From: an uncultured candidatus Porisulfidus sp. | GTDB lineage: Bacteria; Pseudomonadota; Gammaproteobacteria; Poriferisulfidales; Poriferisulfidaceae | Length of the DNA: 64,000 nt | Reading direction: 5' to 3' | Assembly (NCBI GenBank): GCA_965199755.1 | Contig: CBDASZ010000001.1 | Coordinates: forward strand, 480,001-544,000 | Part shown: piece after piece, positions 29,900 through 41,131 of the stretch | How the letters are laid out: each line of letters opens with the position of its first letter | Position numbering within the stretch: the first letter of the stretch is position 1 | Translations under genes and position numbers: made by a program | The notes under the pieces: generated by a model | What the model was told of the DNA's origin: nothing | Database searches by the model: none | What the model saw: only the letters and a program-made list of their open reading frames with translations

Positions 29900-31609
29900 T
29901 TACTTGATAACCCACTCCGGGGCCTGCTGGTCCCGTTTGAGTTTTTCACGTTGCAGGCAAACTGACTCAAAGATCTCTTCCGGTTCGGGGGGCTTCGCAT
30001 CCCCACGAATTCCTGGCAGGCTTGAGGCAGCCTCCAGCAGGAATTTCTCTCGCAGGGGATCGTTCAGATATGCCCGATCCCACCAGTCCAGAATCCGATC
30101 TTGCGCCTGTTCCAGAGTCGTGTCGCTAGGGAGCAGGTCTCGTTTCTGGTTTTGATTGACCGTGCGGCTTGCTGGCATCAGATTCCACAAGTCCCCGCAG
30201 GACCAGACTGACCAAGGCAGACAGTGGTCGATATCCAGAGAATTTTCGCGCAGGCTCTTCCCGCTCCAGACACAATGCAGACCTTCTTTTTGCAGCAAGG
30301 TCAATGCGCGCGCGCGTGGCTGTTGCACATCACGCTCGGGATCGGCCCACAACATGGTATTCTTGATGCGTGCTTCAAGTTCTGCCGTCGATTCGTGCCC
30401 ATATTTCGTGTAGTTCACAATCATTTTTGTCCACTCGGCCTCAATTACAGGTTCGATCCATATGGTCTGTGTCTGCAACACATACCACAAATCCTTAGGG
30501 ATGCGCAATTCGCCGAAGAGCGACAGATAGGTTTCATCCAGCCGTAAGAAATCTTTGATTCGACCTCTTGATGCTGATGAGCGGTAGTGCAGAATCGGGT
30601 CTCCACTGGGATAGGTCATATAGTGAACTGGCATTTTGATGATATTGTTTGCTGCATCCCTGAGTGCCTGATGTAAAGTACGCGCTGTCTCTCCTGAGAA
30701 TTGCATCCCCGGCCTCAGATCAAGAGGAGAAATATGGAGCCTTTGCAAAGCCTCTTTGGCGAATCCGAGTCTTCCATTGCCAGCGGGCAATTGTGGCAGC
30801 CGCTCATCCAGAAGCGGCTTGTACAAGCGCAGCCACGTCATTGCGACCAGTCCCATGGGCACACTGACTGTGCCGTCATTACGGTAGCATGCCATTCCGC
30901 CAGCACTTTCTGCAATTCTGCAGAGGGTGCGCAGGAGCGCAAGTTTATGTGTGGCGCTCTTGCTCTGTTTCAGAATGACGTGCCGGATTAGCGCCAGCTC
31001 ACCACTGCTGTCTTCCGGGAATCGAATGGCGAGTTGCACCCAGCGAATATTTGCACGTTCCAGAGCATCGGTTTGTTCCTGTCGATAACGAATCACGGCA
31101 CCGTGGTCGCGCGCCAACTCTTCGATTTCTGATTCAGATACTTGATAGATGCAGCGCTCCAGGTCTTCCGGCCCGTTGCGCAGTGTCAGTATCAAGATGC
31201 CTTCTTTATTGAGCAGCCCGATGAGTTTGCGAAAGGCTCGTCTACGTTTCTTCTCTGGTATGTGCATCCATACTGCGCTTAGCAAGATGAGATCGAATGT
31301 CTCGTTGCGCAAACTTTTAGGCAGATCCGGCAACCGCCCTTCTATCCACTTAACCGAAGCATCAGGGTGCCGGCGTTTTGCCTCCTGGCGCATGGCCCGA
31401 CTGGGCTCGACGGCGGTTACTTTATGTCCGAGGCTTGCTAACCAAGCCGCATCGCGGCCACTGCCAGACCCAATATCCAAAATCCTTAGTGGCGTATTAA
31501 GTAATAATTCTCCAGCCCAGCGATGCAGATGCGCTGGCTGGATGCTCTCGTAACGATCTGAGGCATATTTAGCGTGTGCTTCGTACCAGCGATACCCGTC
31601 TCGACTCAT
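29900..31609 (-). CDS. Class I SAM-dependent methyltransferase fused to a C-terminal HNH endonuclease
   Basis: LDIGSGSGRDAAWLA, AVEPS, FDLILLSAVWMH; C-terminal CVWSG...DIDHCLPW...DLWNLMPA...VN. Confidence 0.85.
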   Translation of the reverse strand: MSRDGYRWYEAHAKYASDRYESIQPAHLHRWAGELLLNTPLRILDIGSGSGRDAAWLASLGHKVTAVEPSRAMRQEAKRRHPDASVKWIEGRLPDLPKSLRNETFDLILLSAVWMHIPEKKRRRAFRKLIGLLNKEGILILTLRNGPEDLERCIYQVSESEIEELARDHGAVIRYRQEQTDALERANIRWVQLAIRFPEDSSGELALIRHVILKQSKSATHKLALLRTLCRIAESAGGMACYRNDGTVSVPMGLVAMTWLRLYKPLLDERLPQLPAGNGRLGFAKEALQRLHISPLDLRPGMQFSGETARTLHQALRDAANNIIKMPVHYMTYPSGDPILHYRSSASRGRIKDFLRLDETYLSLFGELRIPKDLWYVLQTQTIWIEPVIEAEWTKMIVNYTKYGHESTAELEARIKNTMLWADPERDVQQPRARALTLLQKEGLHCVWSGKSLRENSLDIDHCLPWSVWSCGDLWNLMPASRTVNQNQKRDLLPSDTTLEQAQDRILDWWDRAYLNDPLREKFLLEAASSLPGIRGDAKPPEPEEIFESVCLQREKLKRDQQAPEWVIK

Positions 31610-31704
31610 GGTTTTCGGGGCCTCCTATAACACGCCATTGCCGGTTTCACTACTGAAGTTATGTGCTATTGCTAAATTCTATCATCTTGTTTTACACGGC
31701 GCAC

Positions 31705-31731
31705 CTTGAAATAACCCCTTATAATCCCCAT
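31705..31731 (+). promoter_or_regulatory. Sigma-32 (RpoH) heat-shock promoter of lon
   Basis: CTTGAA-N15-CCCCAT, a consensus match 60 bp upstream of lon. Confidence 0.8.
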
Positions 31732-31790
31732 TGTCCTAATGTCTGGCGCTCGCAGCGCTGCGGCATCATTATAGTAACTATCGGTTCATC

Positions 31791-34265
31791 ATGGCTGAAA
31801 AGGAAAAAGAAAAATCCAAAGTTCGACACATTCGCACCACTGGCTCTTCCGCAGACGCTGTCACCCCAGATGAAGTCCTGCCGGTGTTGCCACTGCGCGA
31901 TGTAGTAGTTTATCCGGGCATGGTGTTGCCGCTGTTCGTCGGGCGTCAGAAGTCGATCCGTGCAGTGGAAGCCGCCATGGAGTCTAGCAAGCAGATTCTG
32001 CTACTGACCCAGAAAGAGGCGGATATTGACGACCCGGACAACGACAGTATCTATACGGTGGGCACCATCAGTTCCATTCTGCAGTTGATGGAGTTGCCGG
32101 ATGGCACTGTCAAAGTATTGGTGGAAGGTGCGCATCGTGCGGAGGTGGTCGACTATATGGAGGACTCCAGCAAGTATCTGAGCGCGCAAGCGGAGGTGCT
32201 GGAAGACGTGGCTGATGCCGACCCCAAGGAAATCGAGGGTCTGATTCGCTCGTTGCACAAGAGTTTCGAGCAGTATGTGAAGGGCAACAAGAAGATTGCC
32301 CCGGAGACGCTGTCAGCGCTTTCCGGGATTGACAATGCCTCGCGTCTGGCCGACACGATCTCGACGCACATGCCGCTGAAGTTGGAGGAGAAGCAAAAGA
32401 TTCTCGAAATTCTTTCAGTGCGCGACCGCGTGGAGGCACTGCTGAAACTCATTGAGGCCGAGCAGGACATGCTGACCTTGGAGAAGCGCATTCGCGGCCG
32501 GGTCAAGCAGCAAATGGAGAAAAGCCAGCGCGAGTACTATCTGAACGAGCAGATGAAAGCGATTCAGCAGGAGTTGTCCGACACCGAGGAAGGCGAGAGC
32601 GAGACCGATGAGCTGGCGCGGAAGATTGCGGATGCCGGCATGACCAAAGAGGCTGAGAAGAAAGCGAACCATGAACTTGGCAAGTTGCGCATGATGTCGC
32701 CAATGTCTGCCGAGGCAACCGTGGTGCGCAACTATATTGACTGGTTGCTCAATGCGCCGTGGAAGAAGCGCTCGCGCGTGTGTCGCGACCTGAAGAAGGC
32801 CGAGCAGGTACTGGAGGCTGATCATTACGGTCTGGAGAAAGTCAAGGAACGCATCCTTGAATATCTGGCAGTGCAGAATCGGGTGAAGAAGATCAAGGGG
32901 CCGATTTTGTGTCTGGTGGGCCCGCCCGGGGTCGGCAAAACCAGTCTGGGCCAGTCGATCGCACGGGCGACTGGGCGTGAGTTCACTCGCATGTCTTTGG
33001 GTGGCGTGCGTGATGAAGCCGAGATCCGCGGGCACCGGCGCACCTACATTGGCTCGCTGCCGGGCAAGATCATTCAGAACATGTCGCGGGTCGGTGTGCG
33101 CAATCCGCTGTTCTTGCTAGACGAGATTGACAAGATGGCCATGGACTTCCGTGGCGATCCGGCTTCCGCCTTGCTGGAGGTGCTGGACCCGGAGCAGAAC
33201 CACATGTTCAATGACCATTACATGGAAGTTGACTTTGACCTGTCCGACGTCATGTTTGTGTGCACCGCGAACACGCTGAAGATTCCGCCGGCTCTTCTCG
33301 ACCGTATGGAAGTGATTCGCATTGCCGGTTACACCGAAGACGAGAAGCTCAACATCGCGCAGCGTTATCTGATTCCGAAGCAGATGAAGAACAACGGGCT
33401 GAAGAAGTTCGAAATCTTGATCCCGGAGCGTTCAGTGCGTGACATCGTTCGCTACTACACACGCGAAGCGGGAGTGCGTAATCTGGAGCGCGAGCTGTCT
33501 AAGGTTTGTCGCAAGACGGTCAAGCAGCAGTTGCTCAAGCCGAGCAAAAAACAGATTCGGATCACACCGGCGCGGATGGCCAAACTGTTGGGGGTGCGTC
33601 GGCACCGCTACGGACTGGCGGATGAGAGCAACCAGATAGGGCAGGTGAACGGGTTGGCTTGGACCTCGGTCGGCGGAGAGATGCTGCGCGTGGAAGCGGC
33701 GGTGATTCCGGGTTCCGGCAAGTTGATCTACACCGGACAGTTGGGTGACATCATGCAGGAGTCGATCAAGGCGGCGCAGACCATCGTGCGCAGTCGCGCT
33801 GAAGCTCTGGGCATCCCGGCCGACTTTCACAAGGACAACGACATTCACGTGCATGTGCCGGAAGGCTCGACACCGAAAGACGGACCCAGCGCCGGCATCA
33901 CGATGACCGTGGCCATCATCTCGGTGTTGGCGAAAGTGCCGGTGCGCGCGGATGTCGCGATGACCGGAGAGATCACATTGCGCGGAGAGGTGCTGCCCAT
34001 CGGGGGCTTGAAAGAGAAGTTGCTGGCGGCCTTGCGCGGCGGCATTCAGACCGTGGTGATCCCGCAAGAGAACGAAAAGAATCTGGCCGAATTGCCGAGA
34101 AACATTCGCCAGAACCTCGATATTCGTCCGTGTCAGTGGCTTGAGGAAGTGCTCGAAGTCGCGCTCGAATGGACGCCACAACCGGCGCTGATCGAGGGCG
34201 AAGAAAGCCAGCAAAAAGTGTCTGCGAAGAAGTCTGAAACGCGCGATACGGCGATTCATCACTGA
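31791..34265 (+). CDS. lon: Lon protease
   Basis: LPLRDVVVYP, GPPGVGKT, PKDGPSAG and IGGLKEK motifs. Confidence 0.99.
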   Translation: MAEKEKEKSKVRHIRTTGSSADAVTPDEVLPVLPLRDVVVYPGMVLPLFVGRQKSIRAVEAAMESSKQILLLTQKEADIDDPDNDSIYTVGTISSILQLMELPDGTVKVLVEGAHRAEVVDYMEDSSKYLSAQAEVLEDVADADPKEIEGLIRSLHKSFEQYVKGNKKIAPETLSALSGIDNASRLADTISTHMPLKLEEKQKILEILSVRDRVEALLKLIEAEQDMLTLEKRIRGRVKQQMEKSQREYYLNEQMKAIQQELSDTEEGESETDELARKIADAGMTKEAEKKANHELGKLRMMSPMSAEATVVRNYIDWLLNAPWKKRSRVCRDLKKAEQVLEADHYGLEKVKERILEYLAVQNRVKKIKGPILCLVGPPGVGKTSLGQSIARATGREFTRMSLGGVRDEAEIRGHRRTYIGSLPGKIIQNMSRVGVRNPLFLLDEIDKMAMDFRGDPASALLEVLDPEQNHMFNDHYMEVDFDLSDVMFVCTANTLKIPPALLDRMEVIRIAGYTEDEKLNIAQRYLIPKQMKNNGLKKFEILIPERSVRDIVRYYTREAGVRNLERELSKVCRKTVKQQLLKPSKKQIRITPARMAKLLGVRRHRYGLADESNQIGQVNGLAWTSVGGEMLRVEAAVIPGSGKLIYTGQLGDIMQESIKAAQTIVRSRAEALGIPADFHKDNDIHVHVPEGSTPKDGPSAGITMTVAIISVLAKVPVRADVAMTGEITLRGEVLPIGGLKEKLLAALRGGIQTVVIPQENEKNLAELPRNIRQNLDIRPCQWLEEVLEVALEWTPQPALIEGEESQQKVSAKKSETRDTAIHH

Positions 34266-34397
34266 GGCAAATTTTGGCTCGCGGAGACGTGTCTCCCAAA
34301 GTTCCTTTTCAAACGGCTATAATCCCTTCCGCATCCGGCAGTACACTCGTACCAGGAGCATTCAAAATATCTGACCGAATTGGGAGAATTTTTTCAG

Positions 34398-34670
34398 ATG
34401 AATAAAAACGATCTTGCATCAGCAATGGCCGAGGGAGCAGGCATTAGTAAGTCTGCCGCATCCAAAGCTTTGGACTCAATGATTAATGCGATTATGGACG
34501 GACTTCGTTCCGGAGACCGCGTCACCATACCTGGGTTTGGTAGTTTCCAAACCAAGCATTCCGCTGCGCGTATGGGCCGCAATCCGGCGACCGGAGAGTC
34601 GATCCAGATCAAGGCGTCAAATCGCCCGACCTTCAAGGCCGGGAAGGCGCTTAAGGACGCTGTAAACTAA
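34398..34670 (+). CDS. hupB: Histone-like DNA-binding protein HU
   Basis: MNKNDL, GFGSF and GRNPATGE motifs; follows lon. Confidence 0.95.
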   Translation: MNKNDLASAMAEGAGISKSAASKALDSMINAIMDGLRSGDRVTIPGFGSFQTKHSAARMGRNPATGESIQIKASNRPTFKAGKALKDAVN

Positions 34671-34683
34671 AAGCAAGCCAACT

Positions 34684-34759
34684 GGGTGCTTAGCTCAGAT
34701 GGTAGAGCGTCGCCCTTACAAGGCGGATGTCGGGGGTTCAAGTCCCTCAGCACCCACCA
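34684..34759 (+). tRNA. tRNA-Val(TAC)
   Basis: GGGTGCT/AGCACCC acceptor stem, TAC anticodon, GTTCAAG, CCA end. Confidence 0.96.
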
Positions 34760-34790
34760 CAGAACCAGGCGGTGGTGTCGCTCTTGCAAT

Positions 34791-34867
34791 GGAGTGGTAG
34801 TTCAGTTGGTTAGAATACCGGCCTGTCACGCCGGTGGTCGCGGGTTCGAGTCCCGTCCACTCCGCCA
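34791..34867 (+). tRNA. tRNA-Asp(GTC)
   Basis: GGAGTGG/CCACTCC acceptor stem, CCGGC-CTGTCAC-GCCGG anticodon arm, CCA end. Confidence 0.97.
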
Positions 34868-34875
34868 GCCTGAAA

Positions 34876-34911
34876 GAAGCGGAGGCATATTCTGTCTCCG
34901 TTTCCTGTTTT
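34876..34911 (+). terminator. Probable terminator hairpin after the tRNAs
   Basis: CGGAGGCA-TATTC-TGTCTCCG hairpin followed by TTTCCTGTTTT. Confidence 0.5.
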
Positions 34912-34931
34912 AAGGAAGAAGAAAGTACGCC

Positions 34932-36809
34932 ATGCTGCATGCAATTCGTGAACGCGCGACCGGATGGTTGGCGTATCTCATTGTCTTTCTAATCAGTATT
35001 CCCTTCGCGCTGTGGGGGATCAATGAATATTTCGGCGGCGGTGATCGAGCCGAAGTCGCCACCGTCAACGGTGAACCGATTAGCTTCACCGAATTCCAGC
35101 GCATGTATCAGTCGAATCTTCGCGCCCGCCAGCCGGCATCTGGACAAAGCCTTGAAGACCTGCAAAAGGAATTGCGCGAAGAGATTCTCGAAAGTCTGAT
35201 CCGCCGGCACGTGCTCTGGCAGTACATGGACGAGCAAGGAGTGCAGGTGACTGATGCCGAAGTGATGCAGCAGATTCAGCAAATGGAGATGTTTCAGGAT
35301 TCGGACGGCGGCGGCTTCAACCCCGTGCGCTATCAAGGCATTCTGCAGGCCAATCGCATCACCGCCACCGAATACGAGGCAGAGCAGCGCCAGCGGCTGC
35401 GTATGGCGCTCATCGAGAACATGCTGGAAGCCTCGACTTTCGTCACCGAAGCGTCGGCGAAGCACTTCCGGGCCTTGCGGGAGCAGACCCGGGATTTCCG
35501 CTACTTCAGTATTTCCTTGAATCGCTTCCTTGATCGGGACGCGGTGACGGACGCGGAGATTGAAGCGGAATACACGCACCGACAAGAAGCCTACACCACC
35601 GCGCAGCGTGCGCGGGTGTCTTATCTTGAGGTGTCGCGGGAGCAATTCGAGGTTACCACCGACGAGGACATTGCCGAAGAAAAAGTCCAGCGCTATTACG
35701 AACGTCAGGCGCTGGAGTTCATGGCACCGGAGCTGCGTCGCGTGCGTCAGATATTCTTCAAGGACGAGGACGCTGAATCCAGCGCGCAGGCCGTTTACGA
35801 GCAGTTGCAGGCAGGTGGCGATTTCGCGCAACTGGCGCGCGACAAGTCGCAAGACCCGATCAGCCAGAGCCGTGATGGCGAGATCGGCTGGGTCGCGCAG
35901 GAAGATTTGCCAGAAGATCTAGGCCTGATGATCTTCGAGATGGATCCGGGCACGGTCAGCACGCCTCTGGGCACGGAGCAGGGCACCTACCTGCTGGAGG
36001 TGTTGGAGATTAAGGAGGCGAGTTTGCGCGAACTTGATGAGGTGCGCGATCAGGTGATGGCGAAGTTGCGACAGCAGGAGCGCGACAGCCGCTTCACGGC
36101 CGCCTTGTCAGATTTGGCGCAACTGACTTACGAGAACCCGGAGACGCTGCAGATTGCCGCCGACTATCTGGGTTTGTCGATTCAGGACCTGGGCGAGGTT
36201 GATCTGGATGCGCTGCCCGAAGGCGTGCTGACAGAAGAGCGTGTCGCCGCCGAACTTCAGGAAGTGGACGAACTGTTGCAGCAGGGCGAGAACAGCGACC
36301 GCATTGATGTTTCGGAAGACCACTCTGTGGTGCTGCGGCTTGATGACTACGCGCAGCCAAAAGTGCGCGCGCTGGAAGAAGTGAGCGATCAGATCCGCAC
36401 GCAGCTGGCTCAACAGGCCGCACGGGCAGCCCTGCTGGCGCATGCCTCGGCGCTGACCGACCGCTTGCGCAGTGAACCGGACATTGCAGTGTTGGCGCAG
36501 GAAGAGGGGGCGGAATTGATCGTGCGCGAGGCGGTCGGGCGCGAGCACAAGGAGACGCCCGGACTGATTATGGAGCGCGCCTTTTCACTGGCCCGCCCGC
36601 GCGGCGAGGCCGCGAACTTTGGCATGGCGATCCTGCCCCGGCATGTGGCTATCATCGCTCTGGATGCTGTACACCACGCGCTCGCCGAACAGGCGGACGA
36701 AGAAGACCTGGAGTTGCTTCGCTATTACAAGTGGCGCGACGATACGGAGAGTTTGACGACCTCACTCAAAAAACGCGCAACCGTTGAATCCTATCCCGGC
36801 CGGTTATAG
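34932..36809 (+). CDS. ppiD: Periplasmic chaperone/parvulin PPIase PpiD
   Basis: MLHAIRERATGWLAY...FALWGI N-terminus, DFAQLARDKSQD...GEIGW; synteny after hupB. Confidence 0.92.
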   Translation: MLHAIRERATGWLAYLIVFLISIPFALWGINEYFGGGDRAEVATVNGEPISFTEFQRMYQSNLRARQPASGQSLEDLQKELREEILESLIRRHVLWQYMDEQGVQVTDAEVMQQIQQMEMFQDSDGGGFNPVRYQGILQANRITATEYEAEQRQRLRMALIENMLEASTFVTEASAKHFRALREQTRDFRYFSISLNRFLDRDAVTDAEIEAEYTHRQEAYTTAQRARVSYLEVSREQFEVTTDEDIAEEKVQRYYERQALEFMAPELRRVRQIFFKDEDAESSAQAVYEQLQAGGDFAQLARDKSQDPISQSRDGEIGWVAQEDLPEDLGLMIFEMDPGTVSTPLGTEQGTYLLEVLEIKEASLRELDEVRDQVMAKLRQQERDSRFTAALSDLAQLTYENPETLQIAADYLGLSIQDLGEVDLDALPEGVLTEERVAAELQEVDELLQQGENSDRIDVSEDHSVVLRLDDYAQPKVRALEEVSDQIRTQLAQQAARAALLAHASALTDRLRSEPDIAVLAQEEGAELIVREAVGREHKETPGLIMERAFSLARPRGEAANFGMAILPRHVAIIALDAVHHALAEQADEEDLELLRYYKWRDDTESLTTSLKKRATVESYPGRL

Positions 36810-36834
36810 TGTGTAACTAAATTCTTGGAGGACA

Positions 36835-38094
36835 ATGATGCGGCTCGCAGTTCACTGGCAAATTCTTATCGCTCTGGCATTGGCCGTGTTGGTCGGGGTG
36901 TCGGTTGATGCCGACAGCGCATTCGGCATGACTCTGATATCGGTGCTTGATTTCATCGGCAAGATGTTTCTCAACGCCTTGAAGATGATCATCGTGCCAT
37001 TGATCGTCTCCTCCATCATTGTGGGCATCGGCAATTTGGGCTCCGGTGCGTTAGGCAAGCTCGGTGGCAAGACCATCGCCTACTATCTGGCCACTAGTAC
37101 TCTGGCCATCTCGGCCGGCCTGGTGCTGGTCAATATCGTTGAACCGGGCATCACCAGTGAAGGGCAGCCGGCGAATGAAGTGCTGGGCCTGCACGAAGAC
37201 ACTGGCTCGGTCGCCGACAAGCTGACCGGGCGTAGCAGCGCCGATATTGTCGCGATCTTCCTGCGCATGATTCCTCCGAATATCGTGCAGGCAGCCGCGG
37301 ACGGACAGATGCTGGGATTGATTTTCTTCAGTCTGTTGTTTGGTTACTTCATGGAGCGTGTGTTCAAGGACGGCCGCGACGTGTTGCACAATTTTTGGAA
37401 CGGCGTGCAGGAAGTGATGATGAAAATCACCGCACTGATCATGCTGTTCGCCCCGATTGGCGTGTTCGCGCTGGTCGGTGAGGTGGTGATCGTATCAGGC
37501 GTGGAAATTTTCATCCCGCTGGCGTCGTATGTCTTCACGGTGCTCGGCGCACTGGCGATTCATATGTTCCTGATCATCCCCGTGCTCATGCGCATGTTCG
37601 GGATCAATCCGATCAAACATTTCCGCGCCATGGCAGCCGCGTTGCTGACTGCGTTCTCCACTAGTTCCTCCGCCGCCACGCTGCCGGTGACACTCGGCTG
37701 TGTGCGGGACCGCGCGGGCGTATCCAATCGGGTCGGCAGTTTTGTGCTGCCACTGGGCGCGACCGTCAACATGGACGGCACGGCGCTGTATGAGTGTGTG
37801 GCGGTGCTGTTTTTGGCGCAGGCGTTCGGCGTTGACCTAAGCATAATGCAGCAGTTGCTGATCGTGGTGCTGGCGTTGCTGACGTCCATCGGCGTGGCCG
37901 GCATTCCGTCAGCGTCTCTGGTGGCTATCGTGCTCATTCTTAGCACGATTGGATTGCCGGCTGAAGCGGTGGGTCTGATTCTCGCAGTCGATCGGGTACT
38001 CGACATGTGTCGCACCAGCGTCAACGTGTTTGGCGACTCCAGCGGCGCGGTGGTGGTCGCGCGCAGCGAAGGCGAAGAGACGAAGGTCGTCTGA
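36835..38094 (+). CDS. Dicarboxylate/amino acid:cation symporter (DAACS)
   Basis: [23 protein letters not shown] and [12 protein letters not shown] motifs. Confidence 0.95.
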   Translation: MMRLAVHWQILIALALAVLVGVSVDADSAFGMTLISVLDFIGKMFLNALKMIIVPLIVSSIIVGIGNLGSGALGKLGGKTIAYYLATSTLAISAGLVLVNIVEPGITSEGQPANEVLGLHEDTGSVADKLTGRSSADIVAIFLRMIPPNIVQAAADGQMLGLIFFSLLFGYFMERVFKDGRDVLHNFWNGVQEVMMKITALIMLFAPIGVFALVGEVVIVSGVEIFIPLASYVFTVLGALAIHMFLIIPVLMRMFGINPIKHFRAMAAALLTAFSTSSSAATLPVTLGCVRDRAGVSNRVGSFVLPLGATVNMDGTALYECVAVLFLAQAFGVDLSIMQQLLIVVLALLTSIGVAGIPSASLVAIVLILSTIGLPAEAVGLILAVDRVLDMCRTSVNVFGDSSGAVVVARSEGEETKVV

Positions 38095-38104
38095 AGAGGA
38101 GGGC

Positions 38105-38893
38105 TCAGTCCCCGAAGCCGGTCATGCCGACCGTGCTGTAGCCAGCATCCACATAGGTGATCTCACCCGTGATGCCTGAGGCCAACTCAGAACACAGAAA
38201 AGCGGCCGCGTTGCCGACGTCTTCCGTAGTGACATTGCGGCGCAGTGGCGCATTGCTCGCCACATGGTCGAGCATCTGGCGAAAACTTCCAATGCCCGCC
38301 GCCGCCAGTGTGCGGATCGGGCCTGCCGAGATGCCGTTGACGCGGATTTGATCCGGGCCCAGAGAATACGCCAGATACCGAATGTTGGCCTCCAGGCTGG
38401 CTTTGGCCAGACCCATGACGTTGTAGTTTGGCATGCCGCGCACCGCGCCCAGATAGGTCAGTGCCAGAATCGATGAAGGATGTTCTCGCATCATTGATCG
38501 GGCCCCACGGGCCAGTGCGGTTAGGCTGTAACTGCTGATGTCGTGCGCGACGCCAAAGGCTTCGCGTGAAGTGTTCTCACAGAAATCCCCGTCCAGAGCC
38601 TCGCGCGGCGCGTAGGCGATGCAGTGCACCAGAATATCCAGTTGATCCCAGTGTTTAGTCAGTGCGTCGAAGGTTTCTGTGACCTGTTCCTCTTCGGCCA
38701 CATCGCACGGAAACAGAGCCGAACCGCCGCAGGCTTCAGCCAGTTCGCCGACGCGGCTGGCCAGCCGCTCGTTCTGATAGGTGAAGGCCAACTCGGCCCC
38801 CTGCGCGTGCATACTCTCGGCGATGCCCCAGGCAATCGAACGATTGCTGGCGACGCCGGTGATGAGGGCTTTCTTGCCGTCGAGAAATCCCAT
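38105..38893 (-). CDS. fabI: Enoyl-ACP reductase
   Basis: [33 protein letters not shown] and AGPIRTLAA. Confidence 0.98.
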   Translation of the reverse strand: MGFLDGKKALITGVASNRSIAWGIAESMHAQGAELAFTYQNERLASRVGELAEACGGSALFPCDVAEEEQVTETFDALTKHWDQLDILVHCIAYAPREALDGDFCENTSREAFGVAHDISSYSLTALARGARSMMREHPSSILALTYLGAVRGMPNYNVMGLAKASLEANIRYLAYSLGPDQIRVNGISAGPIRTLAAAGIGSFRQMLDHVASNAPLRRNVTTEDVGNAAAFLCSELASGITGEITYVDAGYSTVGMTGFGD

Positions 38894-38989
38894 ATAAAAT
38901 TGTGCCCGTGGCGGCGTCAATAAAACGGCGTCATTATACTTGTCCCCTGTACGCACAGTCTGCTCGCTGCCGTCCCTCATGAACTTCTG

Positions 38990-41131
38990 ATGCCTTCCCT
39001 CGCGCGTGTATTCGTCCTGGTTTTGGGAGGCGTGCTCATCAGTGGCTGCGATGACATCTGGAACGATCCGCATGCCGATGCTGATGCCAGCGACGAGATG
39101 GTGTACTACTCGACGTTTAGTGATCGCCCGCAGTTTCTGGACCCGGCCCGTTCTTACAGCAGTACCGCGTATCAATTCATTCAGCAGATCTACGAGCCGC
39201 CGCTGGGCTACCACTATCTCAAGCGCCCCCCCGAACTGCAGCCTCTATCGGCCGAGCGCATGCCCATCGTGCGCATGCTGGACGCCGAGGGGCGCGAACT
39301 GTCCCCGGACACGCCGCCCGAGCAGGTCACTTATACCGAGTACGTGATTGATATTCGACCCGACATTCGCTATCAACCGCACCCGGCGCTGGCGCGCCGC
39401 GAGGACGGCAGTTTCTACTACCATGATTTGAGCGCGGCGGACTTGCAGCCGATCAACGTCCTGTCGGACTTCGAACACACCGGCACGCGCGAACTGGTGG
39501 CGGAGGACTTCGTCAACGAGATCAAGCGTATGGCGGATGCGCGCCGGCACTGTCCGGTGGCGGGCATTCTCGGTGAGTACATCGTCGGCTTCACGGAATT
39601 TCGGGAGTCCCTCAAGGCCAAAGAAGACACCTCGTACGATTTGCGCGGACTGAATATCTCCGGGGTGGTGGTGGAGTCTCGCTACCGCTATCGGATTCGT
39701 TTGCGCGGCGTGTATCCGCAGTTTCTGTTCTGGCTGGCGATGCCGTTTTTCGCACCCGTGCCCTGGGAGGTGGATGTGTTTTATGCGCAAGAAGGCATGG
39801 CGCAGCGCAATCTGAACCTGCACTGGCACCCGATTGGCACCGGCCCTTATATGCTGACCGAGAATAACCCGAATCTTCGCATGGTGCTGACGCGCAATCC
39901 TCATTTCCGCGGCGAGTCGTATCCTTCTGAAGGCGCGGTGGGTGATCGCGAAGCCGGCCATTTGCGTCATGCGGGTGCGCGCATGCCGTTCATTGACCGG
40001 GCGGTGTTCAGTCTGGAGAAAGAAAGTATTCCGCGCTGGAGCAAGTTTCTGCAAGGCTACTACGACCTGTCCGGCATTGGCTCCGACAGTTTTGATCAGG
40101 CGATCGAATACAGCGGCGGCGAAGTGGGACTGACGGATGAAATGAGCGAGAAGGGGATCGCGCTGCATACTGCGGTCGGCCCCACGGTGTACTACATGGG
40201 CTTCAATATGCTTGACCCGGTGGTCGGCGGAGACAGTGAGCGCGCCCGCCTGCTGCGTCAGGCTATCTCCATTGTGGTGGACTACGAGGAGTTCATTGCG
40301 ATCTTCAATAACGGCCGCGGCGTGCCGGCGCAGAGCCCGCTGCCGCCGCAGATTTTCGGTGGGCGTGACGGTGCGCAGGGCATCAACCCTTATGTCTACC
40401 AATGGCAAGACGGCCGCGCCCAGCGCCGCAGTGTGGAAGAGGCGCGGGAGTTGCTGCGTCAGGCCGGTTATCACAAGGGCATTGACAAACAGACCGGCAA
40501 ACCCCTGACGCTGTACTATGAAGCGGTCGGTGCTGGACCGGATGCCAAGGCGACCTTGAACTGGTTGCGCAAGCAGTTCGCCAAACTGGATATTCAGTTG
40601 ATCATTCGGGCCACTGACTACAATCGCTTTCGCGCGAAAATGCGCGAGGGCGCGGGACAGATCTTCCAGTGGGGCTGGCATGCCGACTACCCGGACCCGG
40701 AGAACTTTCTGTTTCTGTTGTACGGGCCAAACGCGCAAGCCGACAATGACGGTCCGAACTCGGCCAACTACAGCAATCCCGAATACGACGCGCTGTTCTC
40801 ACAGATGAAGAACATTCCCAACGGTCCGCACCGCCAGCAACTTATCGATCAGATGCTGGAAATTTTGCGCCATGACGCGCCCTGGGCGTTTGGCTATCAT
40901 CCGGTGACCTACGTGCTGACGCACGACTGGATGCAAAACAACAAACTCACCACTATTTCCTACAACACGCTGAAGTATCGCCGGGTGGACACCGAGCGCC
41001 GCGCACAGGCGCAAGCACGCTGGAACGAACCGGTTGTGTGGCCGCTGTGGCTGGCGCTGGCGCTGCTGCTGGTACTGCTGGCACCGGCGCTGGTCGGCTT
41101 TATGCGCAGGGAACAGGAGCGCGGGCGATGA
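38990..41131 (+). CDS. Peptide/nickel ABC transporter substrate-binding lipoprotein (family 5)
   Basis: ISGC lipobox, LDPARSY, IGTGPY and [11 protein letters not shown]; C-terminal TM. Confidence 0.92.
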   Translation: MPSLARVFVLVLGGVLISGCDDIWNDPHADADASDEMVYYSTFSDRPQFLDPARSYSSTAYQFIQQIYEPPLGYHYLKRPPELQPLSAERMPIVRMLDAEGRELSPDTPPEQVTYTEYVIDIRPDIRYQPHPALARREDGSFYYHDLSAADLQPINVLSDFEHTGTRELVAEDFVNEIKRMADARRHCPVAGILGEYIVGFTEFRESLKAKEDTSYDLRGLNISGVVVESRYRYRIRLRGVYPQFLFWLAMPFFAPVPWEVDVFYAQEGMAQRNLNLHWHPIGTGPYMLTENNPNLRMVLTRNPHFRGESYPSEGAVGDREAGHLRHAGARMPFIDRAVFSLEKESIPRWSKFLQGYYDLSGIGSDSFDQAIEYSGGEVGLTDEMSEKGIALHTAVGPTVYYMGFNMLDPVVGGDSERARLLRQAISIVVDYEEFIAIFNNGRGVPAQSPLPPQIFGGRDGAQGINPYVYQWQDGRAQRRSVEEARELLRQAGYHKGIDKQTGKPLTLYYEAVGAGPDAKATLNWLRKQFAKLDIQLIIRATDYNRFRAKMREGAGQIFQWGWHADYPDPENFLFLLYGPNAQADNDGPNSANYSNPEYDALFSQMKNIPNGPHRQQLIDQMLEILRHDAPWAFGYHPVTYVLTHDWMQNNKLTTISYNTLKYRRVDTERRAQAQARWNEPVVWPLWLALALLLVLLAPALVGFMRREQERGR

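Noticed and set aside
26520-34867. tRNA-Leu, tRNA-Val and tRNA-Asp as island integration sites
   Set aside because: No duplicated tRNA 3' ends noticed and no integrase; they lie in their usual tig and hupB-ppiD context
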